Shown: in pieces, positions 47,391 to 61,400 of the stretch
Layout of the letters: each line of letters starts with the position of its first letter
Numbering within the stretch: position 1 is the first letter of the stretch
NCBI GenBank assembly: GCA_028023455.1
Contig: JAQFVV010000004.1
Span: 23,746,001-23,810,000, forward strand
Length of the DNA stretch: 64,000 nt
Direction: 5' to 3'
Source: Epiperipatus broadwayi
Taxonomy: Eukaryota; Animalia; Onychophora
Notes under the pieces: model-generated
Databases searched by the model: none
What the model was told of the DNA's origin: nothing
Seen by the model: the letters and a program-made list of their open reading frames with translations, nothing else
Translations under genes and position numbers: made by a program

Positions 47391-50300
47391 ATGCTAAACC
47401 CGTAAATCTTTTAAGATGCTTTGGTTTTGAAAATCTTATATATATACATTTTTTTCCATGAAAGGTTACATGCAATGTTTATTTTGAATCTAATTTTTTA
47501 AAAGTTTATTTATTATATTAATAGTTTGGATAACAAATGCATGCTGTATTGTGAAAATGGGCTAAAAATTCAGGAAATAAATTCTTTATTAAAGAATAGA
47601 AATTCTTTGTATAATTAGCAATGCATGATAATATTCAGATTCTATGTCTAATTTTTTATTATGCAAAATAGAATAAATATTAAATGTTAATCTTTAATTT
47701 CTTAAATATATTCTATGTTTTTAATTTCTAATATATCAAGACTTCTATGGTTCATTGCACAAATTTAATCATAAAACTTTTTAATGTTATATTTTTTCAA
47801 TTAATGCAACTTTATATTCGAATCAATATCAAACTAATAAATGATGAAAAATCTGCTTCCAAGCAAAAACAGCTAAGAAAATCTTACAGTTTTAAAGAAA
47901 GCAAAACTGTAATGAGCAATGTTAGCCTCAATTCTATTTTTAACAGCGTTTTCAATATAACATATGAGTTAGACATGTCAATAATTTCAGAAAAAAAAAT
48001 TAAAAGCAAATTTTTTTGTTACTAATGAATTGGATGAAGCAAAACTACTAACAACAATAATAAAAATGAATGACTATGGAAAATAAAGTAAAACGAAATT
48101 ATCAATAAATATAATGCTTTAAAACTATATGCAATAAAAAATACTTAAAAGATCCATGAGGGCAGTCCAGAACCTATATCAGTATATATATATTTAATTC
48201 CGTAGTTGAAAGTACTTCTATTAAATTGTGGTATATATTTGTTGTTTTTTTTAAATATTTTTTACTGTATTAATTATTGTATTGTTTTGAATAATTATAT
48301 ATTTAATTACATAAGAAAAATATTAATATTTATTTTGTGTTTATTCTGATTAGGAATAACTAACCTTAAATAAATATATGGTATTTATTTTGGACAGTTT
48401 TTACGCTTTATGTACTCTGCAGTTTTGAAAACCATAGTCTTATTCTAGTTAGTCCAAAACTAATTAATTAAAATATATAATTGTGCAAACTTATATTAAA
48501 TTCATACTTAATATGTTAGAGAAGTAATTAATGAACAAAGTTACTTTGTATGATAAAGAATTTAAAATGTTAATGTAAATAAATGACAAAAATTTAATAT
48601 TTGGAAAATTTGGGTAGGGGTTGCTTTTGAGACCTGCATTAGGGATCAATTATTGTAATTTCACCATCCATCCATAATGCTATGCTAATGTTGAAAATAT
48701 TTTAGAAGAAAAATTCAAAGAATTTTAAAAATAAAAATATTAAAATAATATTAATTCACAGGCTGCAATGGATTCATTAAAAAAGTGAAACAAGTAAATA
48801 AATTTTTGGATCCCTATTAAAAATTAAAAAAAGGGTTTCTTTTAATATAACACATACTTTAATATTACCATTAATGCTCATTTATTTATTACCATTAATA
48901 AAGGACAATAAAAAAATCCCTAAAATCAAGAAGCCAGAGTGCACTGTCTTCAATTGAGATAAAATATATTATTCATAGAAACTTTTAAAATATTACAAAA
49001 ATTTACTGTTATAATAATTTTTTAGATCTCTAACCTTTTATATTTTAAATTTGATTTTAAATATGAGAGAATTTCATGAAACATATCCCTTTTTAATATT
49101 AATTATGTGATTAATTTAACTCTTGCATCATTATTATATTAATATATATATATTGGAATAAAAAAAATCTACGTTTAAAAATATTTTTAAAAAAAATTGT
49201 TACATTTATTTAAGTCTCCTAACTATTATGTTTATTGAAAACTAATTATTAAAAATATTAATAGCACATATTACACGTAGAAAAAAAGAAATAAAGTTGA
49301 ATTACTCCGTGTGTCTGATTAAAAAAAACAAATATTAATTTTTAACTGAGGTTTAAAGTTTATATCTGTTCAAAAATAATCTGTAGTTAATAAATGTTAG
49401 TGATGATTATTATTGAATTTATCTAGAGTGGATCATATCGAGGTTGTGAGTAGGATAAGTTTGACACTTGTAAATCAAAATGTAATGATTTATAATTCAT
49501 TTATTGAACTTAAATATTATATAATATCTATCAAGTAAAATTTTTGTGATATAGCAATCCTAATTGGTTCCTTGTTATTACTTTGGTGCGGAGTAATACA
49601 TATTTTAGTGAAATTGCTTTCAAATATTGCTATGATGTATCTATACTCATATATTTATAATTTGATGAATATTGTAAATAATAACTACTATTTAGTTTAA
49701 TAAAATGCTAAATTTATATACGATAGCAAACAAATACTTTTGTTTTTAAAAAAATTGGAAAAAAAATTTACTCAATAACATCGGGGGGAATAATTGACAT
49801 TTTAGATTCTTATATATATGCGAAGCTTTGAAAGAAAAAAAAAGGAAAATATGAAACTTAGAAGCTTTTGAAATTTTATTGTTAGATTATATCTACTGCA
49901 GAATATATATATATAAAAGCAATACATATAAATCTAAAATATTTTTTTACTTTAAATAAATTCTTCGTTATAATACATTTTTGGTCAAAATTTATACGGA
50001 TAAAAACAACAGTAACTAAATATCTTGAAATTTTAGAAAATAAGTACAGTAATAGGTTCAAGTTACGAAATGAGAACATAAGCTACACAAATATGATTCA
50101 ACATTAGAAAGGAAATTATCTTCCAATTGATTAATATATATATACCAACTTTTTCTACAAATATAGTTCTAATAATAATTATTATGAAAGTAAATATTTA
50201 TTTAGCTGGGTTATTGAAGATATGGTCTATATAGTAAGTTATATCTTAAAATATTAGTTCAAGAATTTTCGATCCAATACTGCATTAAAAATAGATACAT

Positions 50301-50537
50301 TTAATATATAAAAAAGTTGTAAAATAAATGAAAAGGAAAAACTTTTTTTTAAAAAAAAAAATTTGCAATCAAAAACTTAAAAAAAAGTAATAGAAGGAGT
50401 ATTGTAGTCAAGCAATAATACTTGACCATCATTAACGGTATTTTGTCATTGTGTTCCACTTTTCGAAAACAAGTTATAAACTTTAATGAATATCTCTACA
50501 CATTCAAGATATAGATGATGAATAGAAGGGATCTTCT

Positions 50538-50697
50538 CTTGCCGTTTGCTAATTTAACTTCCATATACATGCATATATTTTATCTAATACTTATTAATAT
50601 AGATATCAATTTTATTATAACTTGCCTTTTGCTAATTTAACTTCCATATACATGCATATATTTTATCTAATACTTATTAATATAGATATCAATTTTT
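50538..50697. repeat. 83-bp tandem duplication
   Basis: TTTGCTAATTTAACTTCCATATACATGCATATATTTTATCTAATACTTATTAATATAGATATCAATTTT occurs twice. Confidence 0.92.
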
Positions 50698-50699
50698 AA

Positions 50700-51357
50700 T
50701 TTTATTATAAATTTAAAAAGGAATAATAAAAAAGAAATATTTAATGGATTTTCTCAAAATATGAAAATAAAGATTGATTATGATGAGTTAGAAGAAGTTA
50801 ACAGTTACAAATACCTTGGTCAAATTATTAATACAAATGGAAACATAATGGATAAAATTAATCATAGAATTAAACTTAGTTGGAGTGCTTTTGGTAGAAA
50901 TAACTTGATACTATAAGGAAATATGCCTATGTATTTAAAAAGGAAGGTTTTTAATAAATGTGTTTTACCAATTCTTACTTATGGATTTGAGACTTGAACT
51001 CTTAATAGAAGAGCAGACCACTCAAAGAAATATGGAGAGATACATGTTGGAAATAACAAGAAGAGATAGAAAACACAGATGTTACTGACCTCATTGAAAA
51101 AATTAAAAGACTGAATTGGAGTTGGGCTGGACATATTGCTAGAAGAGATGATAATTGATAGACAATTGAAATCTTAAACAGGATTCCAAGAGATTGTAAA
51201 TGACTCAGAAAGAGAACACATGTGAGATGGATGGATGAAATAAGAAAGTGTGCAGGGGTGGTGTGGAAAAGAGAAGCTAAAGATCGAAGAAGATGGATTG
51301 AACTTGGATAGATCTTCATCCTGCAGTGGATTGATAATGGTTGTTGATGATGATGAA
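50700..51357 (+). mobile_element. RTE LINE 3' fragment
   Basis: ELEEVNSYKYLGQII, NHRIKLSWSAFG, KCVLPILTYG, WAGHIARRDDN and a (GAT)n tail. Confidence 0.9.
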
Positions 51358-51599
51358 TAAAACACCCCCCCCCTTTCCCTACATTTTGTATTTAAAATTC
51401 TCAGTAACAAAAATTCTAAATTCACTTTATGATTTATGGTTTATTTTTTTAATTATATAATTGAGAAAGCAGAGATGTAAATTTAACACACCAGCTGATA
51501 AACATCACTCTAATTATATCCGATTGCATATAAATGTCATTATTTTAAGAAATATAAATTATTAAAATCATCAAACACTTTAAGAACACAATGATATAA

Positions 51600-52880
51600 G
51601 TGTTTTATATCATTATCATCTTCAAACATGATCTTCAAGTTTAATTCAGTTTCTGTGATCCATCTTCTCCATATCATACCAACAAATTTCCTTATTTTAT
51701 TTATCTATTTCACATAGTCTACTTCTAGCTTTTTTATAATCTCTTGGGAACTAATTTAAAACTTCAACTGTCCATCTATTATCATCTCATCTATCAATAT
51801 TTCTAGATAGCTTCATTTCAGACTTCTTTCAAATATATCAATAATATTTGTTCTTTCACTTGAGTGTTTTACTTTTGATTTCTTCTTCTTATTACTAAGA
51901 TACAACTCTCATAGAATTTAGTGAGTGGTCTTTCCTTTTGTGTTAAGTGCCTATCCAAGTTTTATATACATAAATAAAAATTAATAAAATGCACACAGAT
52001 ATTAATGACTTTCCTTTTCAAATACTTAGGCTTATTTCTTTTTAATATTAAATAATTTTTATCAAAAGTTCTCAATTCAAAATTATTTCTATGATTAATT
52101 TCATGCAGTATGTTTCCACTTGTATTAATAATCTGATTATGATATTCGAAGTTAACTTCTAAATCACAATTATTATTGTTTATTATTTTTCTTCCTGAAA
52201 AAATATATTTCAAGCTTATTTTAGTCTTTTTAGTATTTACCTTTAGACCTAACTTTTTTATTTTAATATAATAACTGTTGCAATATTTAATGAAACTCTG
52301 AATTATTATTTATTCCCTTTATCCATAAAATATTTATTGTAAAACAATTGTAAAAGTTTTGAAGATATGGAATCACCCTGTTGTAAACTCTTCTCAATGT
52401 AATTCTTACTATCACTATTTAATCTAACCATTGCTATTACATTTTGAAAAATATTCTTGAGAATATGATAATATCTTGGATCTACCTTGATGATCCAATG
52501 CTTTAATCATTATAGAAATGCTTACAAAATCAACTGCCTGGCAACTCATATTCATTTGGTCTTTTTTATAACTTCTCTCGATACTTGACGGTGATCTACT
52601 GTGCTAAAACCACTTTTAACTTATTCTTTTGGTTGGTTAAAATCCTAAGATTGCCATATTATAACTGATAGGTCTGCAATTTCTAATATACTTATATAAC
52701 TTTTCTTAAATATCATTACTACTATTGCATTCTCCCAATCACTTGATACATCTTTATCATTTAGATATTTTCTATATAACTTTGTCGACAATGTTTCTAT
52801 ATCTTCACCTAAAATATCAATAATAACCATCATTTCCTAGAACTTTATTCTTCTTTACAAAAATTGCATATCTCACCTCT
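51600..52880 (-). mobile_element. RTE LINE, decayed, tail-to-tail with previous copy
   Basis: Minus-strand VSSDWENAIVVMIFKK, YELPG, QQGDSI remnants homologous to 37635-38716. Confidence 0.75.
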
Positions 52881-54229
52881 TCATTTCAAATAGTCAGCAA
52901 CTCAGAAGTTTTAATAATTCGATTTATTTTATTTTGTTGTTTTGCATTATTTAACATATAATTCTTTGCAGAATTGTTCCATAAAGTTCATGTCAACCAT
53001 GTTTTTAGTCATACATCTTCATTCCTGCATTCCATTTTCATTTGTGTAACTGCCTTATTCCTCTTAGGGTTTGTGTTTACTCTCATATTTTTCCATAAAA
53101 TACACAATAGAATGAATGTGGGTGAGTTAACTTTGTGACACTAAATGTAGCCAGATTCTTAGATGACTACCTTGAAGAAAGTCCATTGGCTATGTTGCAG
53201 CAACAAATGCAACTAAACTCCAAGTATACAAGATAATGACCAACTGACCTAAACATACATTATGATGAGCATATTGAAGGACATTATCATTAGTTTAAAG
53301 CCTACTGCTGATAATAACTTCTCAACAGTAATATTTTCTGTTCATCATATGAATATAACTTATAATGCCTGAGCTAGCTAGAATGTTTGTTAGTTTGGGC
53401 TGGTTATGCTATTGTAGGACTCATAATGGTGTCATTAGCAACCCAAATTTGAACTTAAACCATTTAGTAAATACTGCATTAGCAATGAATCATAGCTTTG
53501 GGATTCATGAAACCCATTTGCAATGTTGCATTACTTAGCTAACTTGGTGAAATGCAAAAACAAAAAGGGAATAAAACAAATTTATATACAACAACAATTT
53601 TTATTCCCAGTAATAGTAACATATAAGATATCTCTACATCCTCTCAAGCAAGGGCATACAACTCCTGAGAAGGCATTGGTATCACTAGATAATGATAAAT
53701 TACATTACACTTTTTTTATATATTAATTTAGATAAAATATACAAAAAAAATATTTTATTACCACAGATGCTTGATTAATAGATTGTTAACAATATAAATA
53801 TACATTTTACTCTAGGCAATATATATGTATATTTATAATAGGTAGATTAGTATAAATAAAAATTGATACAAATTAATGGTTGACCAACTAAGAAAAACAA
53901 AATATAATAACAAAAATATTATCTCTTACTATGTTAATCCATTTATTACTTCTATGAATTTTCCTGACACAGATGAACAATTAAATTCACAAGATTCTTT
54001 ACACAGTTGTTGAAACTACAGAGTAACAGAATAGAGCACCTTGCTCTATTTTATACAAACAGTTCATGGTATTTTTCCACTAATTGGTTCCACAATTGAT
54101 TCACAAATTTATCATAATTTAGTTGCATCCTTATCAGCAGATTTTATCTTCTTTCTTGGGTGAGGCACACATAAGTAAACACATGGATAGAGATAGAATG
54201 GAGTGATTATGCTTCCTTCTTTATATTAG

Positions 54230-54347
54230 GTCATTTTTCACTTAAAGGTTGAACATTACTTCTTTCTTCATGGCCCTGCTATTTCAGGAAAGAGATGGAC
54301 TGCAAAAGCTTCTAGGAATCAATACTGGAAAAATTTAAATCATATAT
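54230..54347 (+). CDS. Candidate isolated exon with Walker-A-like motif
   Basis: Pyrimidine tract + AG, open frame VIFHLKVEHYFFLHGPAISGKRWTAKASRNQYWKNLNHI, donor T|GTATGA. No flanking exons phased with confidence. Confidence 0.3.
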
Positions 54348-55556
54348 GTATGAAATCATCACGTAAATAAATAATAACACAATCTTTATAATATTCCTTC
54401 AAATTTTTGCATATAGATATGCTGTCATAGGATGGCCTTCACTGTAAAATTTTCTAATCCACTCTTTCTGCCAGCAACACATATTATAAACTAAACGTAC
54501 AACTACAGCTCTTTTTATAAGTTATCAAACATTTTTTTTTAAAAAATAACTTAATTGATTCCATCCAAACTTTATCTAACTGCCATCTCAATGTTGTAGT
54601 TGTTGAAAAACAGCTTAATCAACCCTGCTGCCCTTCCAATGGCATGTTTTTCAAAAAGACAAGAAAGAAAACAGATGATGATAATTCAAAATCAGAAACA
54701 AAAAAGAAAAACACAGAAAATATGAAAAATATTACTCTTTTTGATAATACAAATTTATATAAACAAAATTTAAATACTTGAAAATGTTAACACAATTGCT
54801 TTTGGAATCTAATTAATTAACAAACATTTAATTTTTTTCTTTTATATACATGAATATTTGTTTAAGATAAAATGCTAAGACAGCCACATATATAGCTACC
54901 AGAACTAAACTTAACCCATGATCTACTGAGCATTTTGAATCAATAAAATGCCATTATTTTGTTATTGTTACATTTAATACTTGTATTTAACTGACTATGC
55001 ACTGCTACAATATAGATATATTTCAATTGTATTAAATTAAAATCCAATATCTAAAAATGAATGAAATATAATAAATTTCTAATTCAATAAGATTGATTAA
55101 TCGTTTATTAAAAAAAGTTTATGAATATATGCAGACAAATTAACTCATATAAAAAGTTATTAATTAGATCAGAATTAACACTAACTCTAGATATAATTTC
55201 ACTATCTAAAACAAACTCAAATCAACATCTTTCTCAATGCTCAATAATTCTTTCTAACAACTAAAGAATCATAATAAAAAATGTACTGTAAGATTCCAAA
55301 TAAATTTATTTTCCTCTATCCAACAGTAAAGTCACCTAGATTTGATTTTCCTAGTCATTATTGGCATCTCATCAATAGACTTACGATCATTCATGACTGT
55401 GGTGCTTATTTTCTACAGAAATAAAATTAATAGATTTAATTAAGCAGTTGGTATGTTCTTAAATCACTATAGGATTGCATGACCACCATTTCTTATGCTT
55501 ACACAATTCTCCATATAATATTGCTACTTAGTGTAAGCCATAGTAATCAACTGATG

Positions 55557-55726
55557 CTAGAAGATTAGTGCATCAAAATCTAATTCTTACTCATCCAGTA
55601 TTCCCAAACTAGTTTCTAGCTTATGGATTTCATCAGATCCAAGGCACCTATTTGAGAGAAACCATAAGGTAGAAACTAGTCTGGTGATATTTCTAGATAG
55701 GGATTTTGATGCACTAAAACTTCTAG
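55557..55726. repeat. Imperfect foldback / MITE-like relic
   Basis: TAGTGCATCAAAATC / GATTTTGATGCACTA outer arms and an 18/19 inner pair ACTAGTTTCTAGCTTATGG / CCATAAGGTAGAAACTAGT. No TSD found. Confidence 0.65.
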
Positions 55727-58320
55727 ATTCTATTGATTACTATGACTTGCATTAAGTGGCTATACTATATGGAGATAGTTGTTACTGGTATGTTCTTTGT
55801 TGGCTTCTTTATAAATCTCTTTATATTTGTTAATAGTTATCAATCTAAAAATAGTAATAATAATAATCTGTGCATTAGTAGAGTAAATTTGTATAAATCA
55901 ATAAATATAAGACAGTGGTGTGTGTCATTTAAAAAAAACTATATGAGACATGGTCTAATTAATTTATTAAAATTCATCATAGAAAACATTAATTATAAAT
56001 AAAATCAAACCACACAAATAAAAATAAATGAAAGGTTAAAAGACAAAGATTATCAAATATCTACAGCAAATGACAAAGATGATCAAACATCTACAGAAAA
56101 TTTTTTACAGCTCATTTAAACTTTAAAATAAATATCTATCTAAGATTAAATAAAAAAATTTATAATTTCTAATCTAATACTAAGAAAGAATGATTAATTT
56201 TTGTTTACATTTTTATTGAAAAGAGATCTTTATTAATAAATACTAGCTAAATATATATGTGTGTATAAAGTACACATACAAAATATTTTCTAAGTTCTGT
56301 AAACAATATTTTTTCCATCTAAAATTTAATAACAATTCTATTAAAATAAAAATCTCATAAATTGTTTTTATTTTATGATTTAATAAAAAAAATTTTTTAT
56401 TAAATTTTTTATAAACTCAACATTATATATAAAGAATTCATTAAAGTTTAGATATTTAGATGCTAAGATAAATTATGTTAATAGTATGATAAACTACCAT
56501 AAAAAAAACAAAAAAATATTATTGCCAAATAATTCAAATGGTCAGTTTTTTTCTCTCTTACTCAGAATACGAAGTAGAACCTTTTGGTCATTTGTAAGAT
56601 ACTTTGAAATTCAGTAAACTGCTTAGTTTTCTTTATCTGCTTTAAATGATTTTCATAAGTTAATAATCATAAAATATTAAAATTTTTGTAAATTAAAAAA
56701 CTATATGTATGCAAAAGCTAATTATTTTTAATCTAAAGCAGGTAATCACAAATTTTAAATTTAAAAAAAAATATATTCATAATAAAAGTTGAGAGACTAA
56801 CTTCTTTAAGAATTATATAATACACTTTCTAATTATAGACAAATAAGAATCAATATTTTATTCTTAGATTTATCTTCTTCAATGTAATTAATAAAAATTA
56901 ATATAAAAGTGAAGGACAAACTCGAATTATTACATCATTGAGTAATCACAATGAATGCAAACATTAATAAAACAGATCTATAAAAAAAGGTTGTGAGATA
57001 AAAGCAAACTTTTAATTAAAAAAAAATTCTTAAGATGTAAAAAGAAAAAATAATCTTTAAAATAAAATATATTGCTAATTATATAAAAGGTTGACATGTG
57101 AGATGCTTTTTGAAGAGGAAATAGATAGAAGCTAATAATTTTATAATATTACCTGAAACCAAAAAAGATTAACTTTCTTATAATCATAAACATTTTGCTA
57201 AATATTTATAAAATTATTTTAATTCATATTAAAAAATTATTAATTTTTGTATTATTATAAAGATTTATTCTTTTATTTCCAACATTACTTGCTTTAATAT
57301 AATTATATCTATACTGTAATATTTAAAATTTACTTTCTATTTTATGAAATAACACTATTTCTGATATATCCATGGCAGCACAGTAATTTAATATACATGT
57401 GGATATGTGCATTCATAATGAAAATTTAATAGACCTAAATTTTTCCTTCTTAGTAACCACTATAAATGAATATGCTGTCATATGAAATATACTTTTCTAA
57501 AAATCCTGCACAAATATGATTTATATATATCATATTTGGATCTTTAATCTAACATTTAGTTTATTTGATATTTTACAATGTTTACCTTTCAACTTCTGCA
57601 GCAAAGATTTCAACATATTGCTTAATTGTAGCTTTCCTCTGGATTCCATTCTTAACTTATTATCATACAATGAAAGCAATATTGTATTCAAAACATTAGT
57701 AGATTCTGTAAATCATCCTTTGAATTACAAAATATTGGACATTTATTACAAGGCACTATGTCTAAAATTCAAAAAGATCTCATTTTTGTTTTTAGACATC
57801 CGAGTTACAAATTCATTTATCAAAGCTCTATTGTATCTTGAAGCCAGTTCTATAAATTACTTGTAACCTGTTCCAAAGACCACTTTCATAAAAATGGAAA
57901 AGAATGTTAAAGACAATACATTTTGAAATAAGTTTTCACTTTAAGCATCTCACATTTTTCATCAGCAATAATAATACTTCCTTTTTCATATCATCATCTA
58001 AGGCTGTATAATCTATATTATTTTATAAGAGTTTCTCCATAAACATTAAACCTGCACTCTAGGAAAATATTTAAAATTAAAGAAATAAAAAAAAAACTGC
58101 AGATATTGACCTTCATGAGTTGTTATCACATTCTAATTTGCAAGATTTAGATTTTTTAAATCACATTATAACAAAAAGTTGCATGAACTAGAATATAGAT
58201 GCTAACATGTTTTACTCACTATGGATGTCACTTTAAAATCAGTATTACATTTACATTCACGAAAATGCTTTTATCAAATTCACCACTTCCTTTATTTTAT
58301 TCTTCCTTGATATTAAATAC

Positions 58321-58610
58321 AAATTATCCACTACTTTGTACATGTTTTAGCAAAAACCTTTAATTGACCTATATTCATGCACAATCTTATGTATTGCAGG
58401 ACAGTCAAAACATAAGATTGTGCATGAATAAAAGTCAATAGAAGATTTAGACTAAAAAGTGTTCAAAGTAGTGGATAAATTTTTAAAAATTAGAATTAAA
58501 GTGACTCTGAAGAAGACCACAGGACAGTCAAACCGTAAGATTGTGCACGAATATAGGTCAATAAAAGATTTTTGCTAAAAAGTGTTCAAAGTAGTGGATA
58601 AATTGTATTT
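58321..58610. mobile_element. Penelope pseudo-LTR terminus cluster (inverted + direct copies) with hammerhead-like motif
   Basis: 58321-58392 is the inverted copy of 58410-58482. A third direct copy at 58503-58610 contains GACT-CTGAAGA-A-GAC-CACAGGACA-GTC-AAACCGTA-AGA and is homologous to 7460-7563. Confidence 0.75.
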
Positions 58611-60599
58611 ATATAAAATGCTTTTATATAGATAATTCAGAAGAAGGCAGAAAAATATTTTTGTATCATAAATTAATTCCAAAAAGTTGGTTTAATTCAT
58701 AAAAAAATTAATTGTTGCATGAATTGGAATAAAGATGCTAATATTACTGACCTACTAATGAAACCATTTTAAAATCAGAATGTTTTTATATAAATACTTT
58801 AAATGGAAACAAAAAAAAACATTTTTGTAGTGTATGTTAATTCAAGAAGTTGATGACTAAAATAGCAGTTATTTTATTTATAGATGAGGTCTTTATTTGC
58901 CTACCAGATCCTGCTTTAGTTTACACCGGATGTTCCAGAACTATTAGTTCAACATTTTTAAAAATTGGAGTGAAAAATATCACAACACAGAGAAAACTTA
59001 ATAATGAAAAAAGTATTACTGACAACATTATGTACCATAAAATTTTTGGAAGAATTTCACAATGTTAACTTTTTATAATTTTAAATTAAAGATATTTTTT
59101 TTCTAAAAAATATTAAATAGTTAATTTTTTTAAAGCTGAGTACTTGTTAGATAATCAACTATTTTCAAACACCATCACAATCTATATTGATGAAATAAAT
59201 GAAATAATTTGACAATATTGCTAAAAATAATAACCATTCATCTATGAATGAAAACAATCTATTCAATAAATTATTTAAAATGTAATAGACATCAATAATA
59301 TTCCATATAATATAATGTATTTTTTAATTCCTATTATTTTTTTAACTTGGAACAAGGAAGTATCCTTATGATCAAGTGATGCATATATGAAGGTCTATAT
59401 CAACTTAACTGTGTTCTCAGAGCATTGGTATTCTATTAATTCATTATAATAAATCCATGAAATAATGAATACAGCATATTACATAGGAAACTATAATTAA
59501 ACAAACAGCAAAAAATGTGCATTTACAATCCAGATGAGATGTAACTGGTATTTTTGAGAGACCGGTCTAAGCAAATATCTTTAATATAATCATTTATTGC
59601 ATTTGGTTTGATAAAGTCTATTTTTCTGATATGTATTTGATTCATGTATTATATATAAACATTATAAGTTAAAGCTGTAGAAAATATGTAAAAGATAAAT
59701 AATAATAAATACGACTGAAATAATATATTTAATGATCTTCAAAGTCAACTTTCAACACAGAGTGTCTATATCAAAACATAACAGAGATAATTAGCAGAGA
59801 ATGTCAATGTTTCCAATTATAAAAGGTTGAACTAGGGGATGTTAGATTTGCATAACTGAATGTATAATAGGTGGGTTATTATGTATAGCCTATCTTCAAA
59901 TAAGATATTTTACGTATAACATGAAGTTATACACTTTTTTGTTAATAACTAATTTCAATAATGAAGTTTTTAACATATAATAATCCTTAATGGATATATT
60001 TTATTATTAAATAAAATCATGATTCTGATCAGAAGTGGAAATAATAGTAATAATGTTGTTGGAAAGGTGTCTCATACAAAAAACAAAATTATATGTGGTA
60101 AAATAAAATAAAAAAATAATAGGCAATATTTGGAAGACTATTTAAATTTTGTCTTCCATTGGATGGATGAGGAAAAATGTCACATTCCATAGTGATTTTG
60201 ATAAGTAAAAATGAGGAGAGAAAAGAAAATTTTGCTTGAGAAATAGAGCTGAGGAAATTGGTTAATGCTTACCAATATCATAAATTTTCATAGAAAAAAA
60301 GTCAAGCAAGTTCATAATAATTTGATACCATAAAAACTAATATGCAAGAGAAAGTATTTGGGAATCACATAAGAATGAGGGTGAATACTTTCACATAAAG
60401 ATTTCAGTTTAAGCGTGATGTCAGACTTTGTAATATTTGTGACATTGATGACTTTCACCAAAAGCAAATACTGGAAATTGAGGAATAGGTGTTTTAATTT
60501 ATCACAAAGCACCATTTAATTTTTTTAACATCCTTTATCTTGATCAAAACATGATTGTCATTTCCTTTCACCAAACTGCCCTTAAAGCAAACATTATTT

Positions 60600-61400
60600 A
60601 TCTTTATTTATATAACAGATTCATTCTTATACATCAACTTATATTCCACATTAATCTTATTCTTTCATACAACTCTTTTCCTACTCTTCTTTTTGGTAAC
60701 TTTGATATGCCTTGTACTGAGTTTATAGCTAAATACTACCATCTTATTAATTATAAACCGGTGAGTCGTGAAGGCTTTTACCCAATAATGCCTTTTCTTT
60801 CTATACTTTAAAATATTCAACTCTCATTGACCTTTTGTTTTATTTGCATGATTTGGACTTCTCTTTGGAACCAGTTGTTTTTTCTGATCACTTCATACTC
60901 TCCATGCAAGTTGATATTGATTTTCATAAACAACCTGTTTTTAACTACAATGATACATTAAAAATATTTGCTTAAGCTACATATCCAAAGGCAATAATCT
61001 CATTTATTTAAAAAAAATTGATGTTCTTTCTCTATAACCTACTGTAGTTTGGTTCTCTTTTACCAATATCATCCAATCAGTCGTTGGACATTACACTAGT
61101 AAAAACAAATCAATTACTGCTTTAGTTAAAAAACTTGTTGCTATTAATTTGAAATTGAAAGCCACTTGTTGTGACTTTGCTTATGTTCTTTCAATTATTT
61201 CACTTAAGCAGCAATATAAGCATACTCAATCTATTTTAGTTGCGGATCTTTCTACTAAAAAAGCCAAAATCTTCTTAGCTCAACCTCATAATGGACAAAA
61301 AAGTACATCTGCTGGGCTCTTTCTTATAAAAATGAAATGTCCATTCTTTTTTTACTTATTGCAAATAAACATTTCTGCATAGGATTCAAAATGTTATCTT
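60600..61400 (-). mobile_element. Possible LINE AP-endonuclease relic
   Basis: Only weak remnants (NNWFQRE, THRFII resembling NTWFQK / SDH motifs). Confidence 0.25.

Noticed and set aside
53355-53375. Right terminal repeat of the hAT element (AATGCCTG)
   Set aside because: Short match 32 kb away with no subterminal similarity or 8-bp TSD.
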